Shown: positions 1 through 8,713, counted from the stretch's first letter. The stretch: 64,000 nucleotides of DNA from a virus (IMGVR_UViG_3300027804_000068:2752-66751); one strand, 5' to 3'. Translations and numbers: made by a program. Notes: generated from the sequence alone by a model not told the origin.

Positions 1-119
1 AACTGAAAGAACGTCTTCATTGTTATACTTGAGAATATAATGATATTTAGAATACAGGTACTATTTCAGTCTCTTTACATCCTTGTTGTTTAACATACTT
101 CTCCCATAATGTAGCATCT

Positions 120-392
120 TCAATCGTATAGAAAACTGCGGTTTGTTTTGAGTATGTTTTCTTTTTGGGTTTCAGGTAAATGACTTGGTACTTCATAATA
201 ATACAGATTGATTGTTGGTCCGTCGTTCCAATGTCTTATGACCCCTGCGATAATGAATAGATTAGTAATGAGATAAGTACCGAATATAACAGTCCGTATA
301 TGAGCAACGTGGTCTGATTCTCTGTCATTTTTACTTGCTTTCTCCCCAAGTGATTTCGCCCACAATCTCCACAGTGTTTTTCTTTTCTTCAT
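120..392 (-). CDS. hypothetical membrane protein
   Basis: ORF track; one hydrophobic segment; overlaps the upstream ORF. Confidence 0.55.
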   Translation of the reverse strand: MKKRKTLWRLWAKSLGEKASKNDRESDHVAHIRTVIFGTYLITNLFIIAGVIRHWNDGPTINLYYYEVPSHLPETQKENILKTNRSFLYD

Positions 393-618
393 AGATAGAC
401 TCTCTTGATTTGATATAAGTAAGTTCTTTCCACTGTTCAGGATAACAGATTACAAGCACTCTTTCATTTGCATGAATTGGACAACACAGATAATTGATCT
501 CATCTTTTGGACGTACAGACTGTTCGATTGTAATGTAAGACTTATCAGTGAAATACACCCAACCTTCTACACCTTTGGTCCAAACGACATAATCATTAAC
601 CTGTGGTTGATAACTCAT
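331..618 (-). CDS. hypothetical protein
   Basis: ORF track; start overlaps the stop of the upstream ORF (tight phage packing). Confidence 0.7.
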   Translation of the reverse strand: MSYQPQVNDYVVWTKGVEGWVYFTDKSYITIEQSVRPKDEINYLCCPIHANERVLVICYPEQWKELTYIKSRESIYEEKKNTVEIVGEITWGESK

Positions 619-893
619 ACAAATGCAGATTCAAGTGGAGTTTGCTTTGGTATCATAGCAGAGTATGGAGTTGTGTCTTCTAGACTAACAACGTTCCCAA
701 CTGTACTTGAGTTGATGGGGGCGGAATATACTCTTTTTTTGGTGTCGTAGAATCCCCAGATTGACCGAACAGACTTACCAAGGTTATAATCAAAAGTAGC
801 AGAGTTGCGAATCCAGATGGCGACAGTATTTCTTTTAAACTCTTCGAACTCATAAGAATAACCTTTGGGTGCTTTGTGCGGGAATTCAATCAT
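615..893 (-). CDS. hypothetical protein (cyanophage early-region type)
   Basis: ORF track, tightly packed operon. Confidence 0.75.
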   Translation of the reverse strand: MIEFPHKAPKGYSYEFEEFKRNTVAIWIRNSATFDYNLGKSVRSIWGFYDTKKRVYSAPINSSTVGNVVSLEDTTPYSAMIPKQTPLESAFV

Positions 894-1050
894 TATCAGG
901 AACAGCGCGAAGATACTTTGGATTATGACCTAAAGACAGGTAATTGTTCAACAGTAAATCACACTGCTCACGAGTCAGTTTCTTGGCGTCCTCTTCAATT
1001 AAACTCCATCCATGAGAGAACAGTTCTTCAATGCGATAGGTCTGTGTCAT
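886..1050 (-). CDS. hypothetical protein, 54 aa (MTQTYRIEELFSHGW...)
   Basis: manual translation; fills the gap with overlaps at both ends. Confidence 0.6.
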   Translation of the reverse strand: MTQTYRIEELFSHGWSLIEEDAKKLTREQCDLLLNNYLSLGHNPKYLRAVPDND

Positions 1051-1280
1051 GTCGTAAAAGAATCAACAATACGGGAATCTTCTTCATGGGCAAGTTCGAA
1101 CTTATGAGCATTCACCACACGTTCCATAATGCGGGAGTCATGGGCATTCTCATACTCATCACGCCAGTTTAGAAGAACATCATGGCATTCATTATCATTC
1201 TCTGCAATGACACTAATCACGCCACCATATTCAGAAGAAGGAAACGGAACCCAATAATCAACCAAATAAAGAAATTTCAT
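1047..1280 (-). CDS. hypothetical protein
   Basis: ORF track, packed operon. Confidence 0.75.
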   Translation of the reverse strand: MKFLYLVDYWVPFPSSEYGGVISVIAENDNECHDVLLNWRDEYENAHDSRIMERVVNAHKFELAHEEDSRIVDSFTT

Positions 1281-1293
1281 TGTTGTGAATAAA

Positions 1294-1476
1294 TTACCCC
1301 TTCATTTTAGTGTACTTGTTGTATCCTGTCAAGTTGCAGAGTTGACGCTCAATCTCATACTTCACAGGCAGTAAATGTGATGTGAAGAAACCAGCATATT
1401 GTCCATCCTTGAGAAGATTGCGAATGTTCTCAACTTGCATTTGTGCCAGTATCAATTTGGTCTTCTGATCCATCAA
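1294..1476 (-). CDS. hypothetical protein
   Basis: ORF track, packed operon. Confidence 0.7.
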   Translation of the reverse strand: MMDQKTKLILAQMQVENIRNLLKDGQYAGFFTSHLLPVKYEIERQLCNLTGYNKYTKMKG

Positions 1477-1655
1477 ATAAACTCCTGCATATAATAATCA
1501 ACAGTAATCTCTAGTTCTGCTGCTTTTTGCTCATAGAACAGTTCAGTATAGTTCTTTGCTTCTTCCCACTTTTGATAGGAATCAATTTGTTCTTCGGCGT
1601 GATTCATGAAGTCAGAGAATGCTGAAAGAAACTGTGCAATGTCTTCGTCGTTCAT
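1473..1655 (-). CDS. hypothetical acidic protein
   Basis: ORF track (1673 start); MNDED start at 1655 preferred because it overlaps the upstream stop. Confidence 0.7.
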   Translation of the reverse strand: MNDEDIAQFLSAFSDFMNHAEEQIDSYQKWEEAKNYTELFYEQKAAELEITVDYYMQEFI

Positions 1656-1801
1656 TTGTTCTTGTAGGGGCAATCGGGATGATTTGTGTAATGAGCACAG
1701 GCATCATATGCCTTGAACATTTCAGCATCACGTTGAATCAGAAATACATTCCAACCCACAAAGAAAGCAAAAGCAATCGAAACACCAAGATAGAGTTTCA
1801 T
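1652..1801 (-). CDS. small membrane protein, 49 aa
   Basis: manual translation MKLYLGVSIAFAFFVGWNVFL...; TGATG overlap with the upstream ORF. Confidence 0.55.
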   Translation of the reverse strand: MKLYLGVSIAFAFFVGWNVFLIQRDAEMFKAYDACAHYTNHPDCPYKNK

Positions 1802-1965
1802 CAACCACACTCCAAATCGTAGGAAATTTGTGAAATCATTTCAGACATTATTTTTGCCCGAAGTTTGTGAACATCATACTCAATCAGTTCGGAAAGATCA
1901 TCCCAATCCTGATAGTAAGTGAACACATTCAACATTGCACCCAGTTCATCAGTTGTAAATGCCAT
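1801..1965 (-). CDS. hypothetical protein, 54 aa
   Basis: manual translation MAFTTDELGAMLNVF...; abuts neighbours. Confidence 0.6.
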   Translation of the reverse strand: MAFTTDELGAMLNVFTYYQDWDDLSELIEYDVHKLRAKIMSEMISQISYDLECG

Positions 1966-2228
1966 CAGCAAGCACCATAGAAAGGATTACCAAGTTGAGG
2001 CAGATCAGAATTATCACCCGTTTCAACATAACCAAGTGCCAGACGCTCACGAATCGCAAGAGTCTTCTCAACACGATTCAGAAACTTCTTGGAGATCTGA
2101 TCCACACCTTTCCAAGACAGAACCTGAAGGCACCATTCCTGACTAATATCACCATAAGGAGTCTTGACAGGATAGTATCCAACCAGCATCGTGCCGTCTG
2201 CAGACTGGAGAGTGGGGAAGGTGGTCAT
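1965..2228 (-). CDS. hypothetical protein
   Basis: ORF track; first gene after an early-promoter motif. Confidence 0.75.
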   Translation of the reverse strand: MTTFPTLQSADGTMLVGYYPVKTPYGDISQEWCLQVLSWKGVDQISKKFLNRVEKTLAIRERLALGYVETGDNSDLPQLGNPFYGAC

Positions 2229-2252
2229 TGGGTGTCTCCCGATTACCTTGTA

Positions 2253-2310
2253 ATTATAGATCAGAAGGACGGCACCACATCGTACCGTAGACCAGTTTCC
2301 GAACTGTCCA
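2253..2310 (-). promoter_or_regulatory. early-type promoter (palindrome + TATAAT)
   Basis: TATAAT at 2253-2258; GACCAGTT-N4-AACTGTCC at the same spacing as 10 other copies. Confidence 0.75.
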
Positions 2311-2464
2311 TCTGCTCCCAGTAGGAGTAAAGTTTGTTATACAGTGCGGGAACACTTCCATATTCCCGTGCAATTCTATTTTCCTCACGTAGATTGAGTT
2401 CCTGCAATGCAGATAGAATTACACCAATTTCATGAACATTCAGTTGTACAGTCGCTTCAGTCAT
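2261..2464 (-). CDS. hypothetical protein
   Basis: ORF track; 3' end overlaps the promoter motif. Confidence 0.75.
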   Translation of the reverse strand: MTEATVQLNVHEIGVILSALQELNLREENRIAREYGSVPALYNKLYSYWEQMDSSETGLRYDVVPSF

Positions 2465-2467
2465 TGT

Positions 2468-2848
2468 TCAGTCCCAAGATACATTTTGCAGAAGAAAACC
2501 TGGCATCACATAAGACCAACTACCTTGCTCACCAGTTCCCGCAACTTTATACTCCCACTTGTAGGCAAACTTGTTATGACTATCCCAAGTCATAAAACCT
2601 TTCTCTTTATCAAACCAGGATTTAATGGTCAGACCAAACCGATTGGAGTAAATGTTGCGGGTTCGCAGTGCTCCACCAGTTTCACGGGTTTCAACCACTT
2701 TACAGGTATCAAATTGAGCCTGCAGACCTGAATCTAATGCACAAGGAGTTTCATACACAAATGGACGATAAACTTTCGGTTTTGGTGCAGTCTGTGCCAA
2801 TGCAGGAGAGGCAAACAGAAGAGCAGTCAGCAATAAAAGTTTTTTCAT
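2468..2848 (-). CDS. putative exported protein
   Basis: signal-peptide-like N-terminus MKKLLLLTALLFASPALAQ. Confidence 0.75.
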   Translation of the reverse strand: MKKLLLLTALLFASPALAQTAPKPKVYRPFVYETPCALDSGLQAQFDTCKVVETRETGGALRTRNIYSNRFGLTIKSWFDKEKGFMTWDSHNKFAYKWEYKVAGTGEQGSWSYVMPGFLLQNVSWD

Positions 2849-3003
2849 TCTTCAGATTCATCACGTGCAAGTTCCAGATAATTATAACCAATCACTTGCC
2901 TTCCTGCATGTGTGGTTGTATCAATTTGCACACCTTGATCAGACAGTTTATTCAGTCGGCGGGCAGTCGCCTCATTCATTTTTGTGGTCCAATAATAACT
3001 CAT
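2845..3003 (-). CDS. hypothetical protein, 52 aa
   Basis: manual translation MSYYWTTKMNEATARR...; ATGA overlaps. Confidence 0.6.
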   Translation of the reverse strand: MSYYWTTKMNEATARRLNKLSDQGVQIDTTTHAGRQVIGYNYLELARDESEE

Positions 3004-3155
3004 TGATTTCCTCCAGTTTTGTTATATTCTATCATAGATCGTCGCGCAGAGTAAGCCTCAAATTCAGATGCAAATGATGCAATCGTGCGCCCAGTGTCAG
3101 ACCAGACAAGATACCATCGCTTTGCAAATTGCTTAACATAAATTGGTTTAGTCAT
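3000..3155 (-). CDS. hypothetical protein, 51 aa
   Basis: manual translation MTKPIYVKQFAKRWYLVWS... Confidence 0.6.
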   Translation of the reverse strand: MTKPIYVKQFAKRWYLVWSDTGRTIASFASEFEAYSARRSMIEYNKTGGNQ

Positions 3156-3316
3156 CAATCTTCAGGATAGAGTTTCCAACCATCAGGGCGGATGCCCATT
3201 TCTTCACAACGCACCTCATACACAATGCGCTTCAACAGTTGCAGCGGCATTTCATTCTCAATCGTTTTTTGAATGGTGCGGCGCAGTTGGGCGTCAGTGG
3301 TAGTGTCAGCAACCAT
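3155..3316 (-). CDS. hypothetical protein, 53 aa
   Basis: manual translation MVADTTTDAQLRRTIQK...; directly after a promoter motif. Confidence 0.6.
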   Translation of the reverse strand: MVADTTTDAQLRRTIQKTIENEMPLQLLKRIVYEVRCEEMGIRPDGWKLYPED

Positions 3317-3340
3317 TGTGGTTTCCTTGATTACTTTGTA

Positions 3341-3398
3341 ATTATACTGCCTGCATCAGGCGATTCGGGAAGAACTGTGCCACTTGATAATCCGTCCA
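3341..3398 (-). promoter_or_regulatory. early-type promoter (palindrome + TATAAT)
   Basis: TATAAT 3341-3346; GTGCCACTT-N4-ATCCGTCCAC. Confidence 0.75.
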
Positions 3399-3839
3399 CC
3401 CATTCTTATCAAACAGGTACTCTAGATATAGGGTTTCTTCCTGTTCCCGTGCCTCTATTTCATGTGGTTGATGCCAATAGTCATACTTTTCGACGGGTTC
3501 TTTAGAATAACACAATTTTCCGTATCGGAACCGCAGCGAACCGACTACCCACTGGCGCAGGTGGACCAGTTCATGCAAAAGAGTTTTTATATACAACTCC
3601 TCAGACATATAGGTGTTGAGTTCAATCAGAAACTCACGGGGACGACGTGATTCACCCACATAATCACAATAACCATAAACTTGTTCACGACGAAGACCGC
3701 GATGAAGAATCTCCACCTCAATCTTATGGCGTGGGAGAAACTTATTCAGAAACCAAGTGGTAACGTCCTCACAGAGGCGTTTAGAATAACCGTATCCAGA
3801 ATACGTGATGTAAGACATTGACCCCAATGCAAAAACCAA
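3342..3839 (-). CDS. zincin-like (HExxH) metallopeptidase
   Basis: LLHELVHLRQW motif plus downstream PHEIEA; true start may be MSYITY at 3818. Confidence 0.7.
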   Translation of the reverse strand: MVFALGSMSYITYSGYGYSKRLCEDVTTWFLNKFLPRHKIEVEILHRGLRREQVYGYCDYVGESRRPREFLIELNTYMSEELYIKTLLHELVHLRQWVVGSLRFRYGKLCYSKEPVEKYDYWHQPHEIEAREQEETLYLEYLFDKNGWTDYQVAQFFPNRLMQAV

Positions 3840-3883
3840 ATGAACGAAGAAATGAAGATGAGTTTGTCAGTCTTGGTCATAAA

Positions 3884-4291
3884 TTAGCAGGCGAATGTGA
3901 GACCTCCAAGTGATGCTCCTAATGCAGTTGCCCAACCATAGTTTTGTGGATAAGAACTTGCTGCTGCTCTACCAATTGCACCACCAAGTACAGCACCCAA
4001 TACAGTTCTTGTTGGATTGCAATTAGGATTAGTTCTTCGACCGTATCCGTATCCGCCACCACCATAACCATAATACTGATTAGTGGGGCGGTATCCTTGA
4101 TTTACATTGTTGCAAGGAACATTATAGGTCTGAACACTTACACCACCTGGTACATAATTGCCGTAGCGATCATATCCACCAGGTTGATAGACTTCCTGAT
4201 TCTGAGTGCAGACAGCAAAGTTATTCACCTGCTGTGCCTGCACTGGAACAGAGAACAGTGTAAGTGGTAGAAGTAGGAACAGTTGTTTCAT
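3884..4291 (-). CDS. signal-peptide protein with C-terminal glycine zipper
   Basis: MKQLFLLLPLTLFSVPVQAQ; VLGAVLGGAIG...LGASLGG. Confidence 0.7.
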   Translation of the reverse strand: MKQLFLLLPLTLFSVPVQAQQVNNFAVCTQNQEVYQPGGYDRYGNYVPGGVSVQTYNVPCNNVNQGYRPTNQYYGYGGGGYGYGRRTNPNCNPTRTVLGAVLGGAIGRAAASSYPQNYGWATALGASLGGLTFAC

Positions 4292-4302
4292 TTTTTTAAT
4301 AA

Positions 4303-4548
4303 TTATCTAGCAACAATATCCAGAGATTCCAACAGCATCATCGCAAGATCCATACGATTGTCCTCATCGACCACAGGAATGTTAGCATCCACAAACTCAC
4401 TTGCAAGTTCGGCAAAGAGTTCAGTCGTTCGCTCATTGGCAAACACAGATGTTGCAAACTCACTCTTGAAACCGTTGCACAGAAGGCGCAGAGACTTGGT
4501 GACGGTCAGTTCGTTGATGGTGTCGTTCATTGCGGGTGTGTTGAACAT
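4303..4548 (-). CDS. hypothetical protein
   Basis: ORF track (4614 start); MFNTPA start at 4548 lies just downstream of the promoter -10. Confidence 0.7.
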   Translation of the reverse strand: MFNTPAMNDTINELTVTKSLRLLCNGFKSEFATSVFANERTTELFAELASEFVDANIPVVDEDNRMDLAMMLLESLDIVAR

Positions 4549-4554
4549 GATGTT

Positions 4555-4612
4555 ATTATAGGGCATCTGGGGTGCTGTGAAGCACCCACTGTGCCAGTTG
4601 TTGAAGTGGATC
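4555..4612 (-). promoter_or_regulatory. early-type promoter (palindrome + hairpin + TATAAT)
   Basis: TATAAT 4555-4560; GGGTGCT-gtga-AGCACCC hairpin; GTGCCAGTT-N4-AAGTGGATC. Confidence 0.75.
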
Positions 4613-5126
4613 AACGCAGGTACAAATAAGAACCTGCCCAGTCAGCATGTTGGAGCAACCATTCACGCTGCTCAATAATGCGGAGGTCATAGCGAACACC
4701 TTTGGCAGGTGCTTTCCAACTAGCAGACTTGTAGACTTGACCAGTCTTCTTGTCCACAAAAGCGTGAACAGAACGTGAACCAGCAGCGTTCATAATGATT
4801 TTGTGATACTTACGACCCGTTTCGGGGTAGAAGTCATAATCACAAGTGCCCTGCTTCAGTTTATCAATCTGTGCCTGATGATACTCAAGGTTATCAATCT
4901 GTGCCTGATGATACTCAAGGTTATCAAGATTACTATCCATAGAGTGCTCGTGCATCTTGATGCTGTAATCAATGTAGTTCTGGCGCAGTGCCTCACAGAG
5001 AGCATAGGTGTGCCCCAGAACAGCAGCAGCGATGTCTTTCCGTGCCTCTGCAGCAGCGGCGTAGTCAGCGAAGGTGGTAGTCATCGGTTGATTGCGTATG
5101 TGCTTATTATAGCGGCACCTAGGCAC
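4611..5126 (-). CDS. conserved phage hypothetical protein (GRKYHKI...SVHAFVD...KAPAKG motif)
   Basis: ORF track; motif typical of T4-like early proteins; true start probably MTTTFAD. Confidence 0.75.
   Translation of the reverse strand: MPRCRYNKHIRNQPMTTTFADYAAAAEARKDIAAAVLGHTYALCEALRQNYIDYSIKMHEHSMDSNLDNLEYHQAQIDNLEYHQAQIDKLKQGTCDYDFYPETGRKYHKIIMNAAGSRSVHAFVDKKTGQVYKSASWKAPAKGVRYDLRIIEQREWLLQHADWAGSYLYLR
4861..4927. repeat. exact 30-bp tandem duplication (in frame)
   Basis: ttatcaatctgtgcctgatgatactcaagg twice plus ttatcaa; encodes NLEYHQAQID x2. Confidence 0.95.
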
Positions 5127-5164
5127 CGCTGAGAGGGTCAGTATGCCAGTTCAGAATCTGGCAC
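5106..5164 (-). promoter_or_regulatory. early-type promoter
   Basis: TATAAT 5106-5111; AGCGG...CCGCT hairpin; ATGCCAGTT-N4-ATCTGGCAC. Confidence 0.75.
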
Positions 5165-5263
5165 CCAAGGTTCATCATCGCCCAGGAATCCCATCCAATC
5201 TGCTGGTTCAGAACCATAGATTTCTATTTCCCGCAGTTCCTCAATCAGTTCAGACAGATCCAT
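5138..5263 (-). CDS. small acidic protein, 41 aa
   Basis: manual translation MDLSELIEELREIEIYGSEP...; lies between two promoters. Confidence 0.5.
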   Translation of the reverse strand: MDLSELIEELREIEIYGSEPADWMGFLGDDEPWVPDSELAY

Positions 5264-5286
5264 AAGAAACCCTCAATTACAAGAAT

Positions 5287-5343
5287 ATTATAGCAGAAAA
5301 CCCGCCTTGTGAGCGGATCTTGTGCCAATTTCCTAACTGTCCA
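5287..5343 (-). promoter_or_regulatory. early-type promoter
   Basis: TATAAT 5287-5292; GTGCCAATT-N4-AACTGTCCA overlapping the MTase stop. Confidence 0.75.
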
Positions 5344-6007
5344 TGAAAGACAAAATACTTTCACTTTGACTATAAATTCTGTCTTTGGTCATTTCAAAGT
5401 ATTCAGCGTTCATTTCCACCCCGATAAAGTTTCTACCACATTGTTTTGCAGCGACACCAATTGCCCCACTTCCCATACAGGGATCTAACACAGTGTCACC
5501 AGCATTTGAACTTGCCTCAATCAACCTTGCCATTAACTTGACTGGTTTTGGTGTGGGGTGATCTTTATATCTTTCTGTTGCACAACGCCACACAGCAGAC
5601 TTACAATGCTCATTAAATGATGCACCAGACTTCTTGGCAAACACACAGTTCTCTATACTTGAAAGCCAGATATGCTGCCCATTCATAGGAGAAGGATTAG
5701 TTTTCTCCCATATACAGTGTCTCACAGATAAGCCGTGCTCTATCAATCGGTTGCGAATATGTGAGACTTGAACTGAACCACAAAAGATATAAATGCTCCC
5801 AGAAGTTACTCTTACAACTTCATCAATAAACTCATCAAGTGGAAATGTAATGATATCTGCATGACTCTTGTCTAGGTTTCTCAATCCACCACTCTTACGA
5901 TTAACTTCATCATATGGTATATCTGTAAGAGTAAGTGAAATGCTCCCATCCGCAAGGGAGGAGAGCACATTCATACAATCGTCGTTATAAAGTTTTACAT
6001 CACTCAT
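5333..6007 (-). CDS. N6-adenine/N4-cytosine DNA methyltransferase (beta class)
   Basis: motif IV variant TDIPY; HPTPKP; motif I LDPCMGSG. Confidence 0.9.
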   Translation of the reverse strand: MSDVKLYNDDCMNVLSSLADGSISLTLTDIPYDEVNRKSGGLRNLDKSHADIITFPLDEFIDEVVRVTSGSIYIFCGSVQVSHIRNRLIEHGLSVRHCIWEKTNPSPMNGQHIWLSSIENCVFAKKSGASFNEHCKSAVWRCATERYKDHPTPKPVKLMARLIEASSNAGDTVLDPCMGSGAIGVAAKQCGRNFIGVEMNAEYFEMTKDRIYSQSESILSFMDS

Positions 6008-6638
6008 AATTGAATATAATTGTGCTTGGACATACTTTAGTTAGGCGATCCCAATCAATCGTATAACTGATAGTATCCCAACCTTTATTCTTTGCAATCT
6101 TGCGGCGGCGATCATCAAGAGGAAAACGATTTTTCTCAAATCCTTTCTTCAATTCTTCACGCATTACAAGAGTTGCTTTTTTATGGTAGGGAAGAATATA
6201 AAGTATAGCATCATTGATCTTATGTTTGCAAGTTGCCCAACCCTGCACAATCGGTTTCTTTGAATTAAACCGAATAAAATCTTGACTTACAACCTCCGCA
6301 AGAAAGTCATCCCAAATAGCATTAGGATCACGGAACTTGTAATCAATTGTGAATCCTTTCTTTACAATCTTTCCAGTTTTAATACAAATCAGATTAAAAG
6401 TTGCATCTACTCCTGCTCTATTTTTAAATTGAGATAGATTGTCATTGCCATAATTATCTTCAAAGCTATCAAAGTCAATCCTCAAACCAATCTTTTCAAA
6501 CTCAATATTCAGTTGATGAATGACGGCAAGATGCTCACCACTTTCGATAATCCTTTTCTCTCTGGATAGTGATTGATGAAAGTCGTGAACTTTGTGATTT
6601 TTAAGGAAAGGGCGATTTGTAGTGTAAGTCATAATCAA
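6000..6638 (-). CDS. putative PD-(D/E)xK (restriction-like) endonuclease
   Basis: GVDA...IDYKFR motif; overlaps the MTase start. Confidence 0.55.
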   Translation of the reverse strand: MIMTYTTNRPFLKNHKVHDFHQSLSREKRIIESGEHLAVIHQLNIEFEKIGLRIDFDSFEDNYGNDNLSQFKNRAGVDATFNLICIKTGKIVKKGFTIDYKFRDPNAIWDDFLAEVVSQDFIRFNSKKPIVQGWATCKHKINDAILYILPYHKKATLVMREELKKGFEKNRFPLDDRRRKIAKNKGWDTISYTIDWDRLTKVCPSTIIFNYE

Positions 6639-7048
6639 GCAGCAAGGGCAGCAGAGGGGATTTCAACAACTTCGGGCAGTTTGCTATCATCAAACTGATG
6701 CATATTATAGCAGACCCATTCACCACTACGGAAGACATATGCATACTCTTCGCTGTTATCAGGCAGAAGATATTCGCACAGATCAGCATCAAGGCGAGGA
6801 GGGCAATTCTCACCACGTTGGGAGTAGTATTCAGGACCATACTCTTCGTTGAGTTTAGTATCCCAACGGGAAGTAGTCCAAGGAGAACTCATATCACCAC
6901 CATCAATGAGTTCAGCAACTTTCTCTTTGGTGTTGTAATGAGTGCGAAGAATGCGACCCATCCATTCGGGATAACCATCCCAGTGCGAATAAGCAGACAG
7001 GATAGAACCATCACGAAGTTCGATGCCAATGCGAGAGCGGGTTGCCAT
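6635..7048 (-). CDS. conserved phage hypothetical protein (YxHWDGYP motif)
   Basis: ORF track; SHWDGYPEWMG motif. Confidence 0.8.
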   Translation of the reverse strand: MATRSRIGIELRDGSILSAYSHWDGYPEWMGRILRTHYNTKEKVAELIDGGDMSSPWTTSRWDTKLNEEYGPEYYSQRGENCPPRLDADLCEYLLPDNSEEYAYVFRSGEWVCYNMHQFDDSKLPEVVEIPSAALAA

Positions 7049-7073
7049 TGGGGGGCGTTTGTTGATTACCTTG

Positions 7074-7859
7074 TTAGTATAATGCCTCTAGCAGCGGATT
7101 CTGGGTGTCTTGTGCCACTTCCTGAACTGACACATCGCTGATCCTCTGTTGAGCAACCGAAAAGTATTCTTTCTCCCGCTCAATACCAATAAAGTTTCTA
7201 TTTTCCATTTTAGATGCGATTCCAGTGGTGCCAGCACCCATGCAGGGGTCCAGCACCAAATCCCCCTCATTTGAGAATGTTCTAATCAACCAACGATAAA
7301 GATCTACTGGTTTCTGTGTAGGATGATGCTTTCCTTCACCTTCTGCTGTCTTGAAGTAAATGACACTGCGAGGATACCTCAATCCACTGTCATTCTTCAC
7401 ATGAACTGCTTTTGTTTGAACCCCATATGCTTCAGTATCTCTAACTGCAGTTCCCTTATCATATGGGGTTCCTTGTGTCATTTGGGGATTGTATGTCGGT
7501 TGTTTCTTATAAAACACCACAATATCCTCATGAGCACGTAGAGGTTGTTTCTTGGCATTCAGATAACCAGTTGCCTTTGATTTTTCCCACACCATTGTAT
7601 ACTTGAAGTTCTTGTAGTTTGAAGCAATAAGGACACTTGTAAATGGTTGTGCTGCTGTTGAGATGATGGGACATGTTGGTTTGCATATGCGATCAACATG
7701 CTCCCAAAACTTGGGATAGTCAATAATAGTATCCCACTCATTTCTTTTGTTCAGAGTTCCATAAGGAAAATCTGTCAACAATAAATCGATGCTCTGGGGA
7801 TCAAGATTACCCAGAACATCGAACATATCATCGCAAAACAACTTCATTTGTTTAACCAT
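7074..7859 (-). CDS. N6-adenine/N4-cytosine DNA methyltransferase (beta class)
   Basis: TDFPY; HPTQKP; LDPCMGAGTT. Confidence 0.92.
   Translation of the reverse strand: MVKQMKLFCDDMFDVLGNLDPQSIDLLLTDFPYGTLNKRNEWDTIIDYPKFWEHVDRICKPTCPIISTAAQPFTSVLIASNYKNFKYTMVWEKSKATGYLNAKKQPLRAHEDIVVFYKKQPTYNPQMTQGTPYDKGTAVRDTEAYGVQTKAVHVKNDSGLRYPRSVIYFKTAEGEGKHHPTQKPVDLYRWLIRTFSNEGDLVLDPCMGAGTTGIASKMENRNFIGIEREKEYFSVAQQRISDVSVQEVAQDTQNPLLEALY
7076..7133 (-). promoter_or_regulatory. early-type promoter
   Basis: TATACT 7076-7081; GTGCCACTT-N4-AACTGACAC inside the MTase 3' end. Confidence 0.7.
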
Positions 7860-8422
7860 TCCACAAATTTATTTACCTCTTGAATATCCAATTGGAAGTC
7901 AGCATTATACTCTTCTTTATAAATCGGACGACCTCCACTACGTTGTTTGTGCTGATTGACAACAAAGACATTCAAATCTTTACCAGTTTCCCGCTTGAAA
8001 TATGCACTATAATACTTAAAAGTATCTTCAGCAATACAACTTTGCCCCGTAAGAATAGCATACTCTACATCTTCAGGAACATCTGGAGACTTATACAATT
8101 CAATAAAGTCTATCACAGCACGTTTGCAATAGCAAGCATCCAAATAACATTTAGATTCAACCGCTTTCTTCATCACACCATCGCGGTAAATGTGCTTATC
8201 AACTTGAAGATTCTTGAGAAACAAACCATTAATCTCTTCAGTTCGCTTATAGTCGTTCTTCTTTGCTTCCAGACCATTATCAGCACAAATACGTTGAATC
8301 AAATTTTCAAAGAGAACTCCAGATGCGTTTCTTGCTTTTCCACCACCTCCAATTAAATGCAAACGCGGAAGATCAGCAACCTCTGCATTGTAAGCATCAA
8401 TAATCAGATTCAAATTAGACAT
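7844..8422 (-). CDS. putative type II restriction endonuclease (PD-ExK)
   Basis: SGVLFE...QVDKHI...AVESK catalytic pattern; overlaps the MTase start. Confidence 0.65.
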   Translation of the reverse strand: MSNLNLIIDAYNAEVADLPRLHLIGGGGKARNASGVLFENLIQRICADNGLEAKKNDYKRTEEINGLFLKNLQVDKHIYRDGVMKKAVESKCYLDACYCKRAVIDFIELYKSPDVPEDVEYAILTGQSCIAEDTFKYYSAYFKRETGKDLNVFVVNQHKQRSGGRPIYKEEYNADFQLDIQEVNKFVEWLNK

Positions 8423-8443
8423 GGTGTTTCATTATTTCTATGT

Positions 8444-8502
8444 ATTATAAAGGGTCTCCCAGCGAACCAGAAGACCCAGTGTGCCACTTTTTAAACTGTC
8501 TC
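8444..8502 (-). promoter_or_regulatory. early-type promoter
   Basis: TATAAT 8444-8449; GGGTCT...AGACCC hairpin; GTGCCACTT-N4-AACTGTCTC. Confidence 0.75.
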
Positions 8503-8713
8503 AATCTTCGTAGATTTTACATTCTGGTGCGTCAGGATGTGTATCGCAATAGAGTTCCAGGGGTGTTGGATCATGAGAATCTTCTGGATGATTTTCTTTA
8601 TACGCCTTAAGTGCTTCTAATTCTTCTTCAGTGTGTCTCCTTGCTTGTGGAGAAATCATAGGATCATTCAGAAGATCCTCATCTTTCTGAATGTGTTGAT
8701 TGATGTTATCCAT
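8501..8713 (-). CDS. cp12: CP12 Calvin-cycle inhibitor
   Basis: HIQKD..L.DP.ISPQ.RRH...EL and C-terminal HDPTPLELYCDTHPDAPECKIYED; start MDNINQ at 8713 (track 8752). Confidence 0.92.
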   Translation of the reverse strand: MDNINQHIQKDEDLLNDPMISPQARRHTEEELEALKAYKENHPEDSHDPTPLELYCDTHPDAPECKIYED

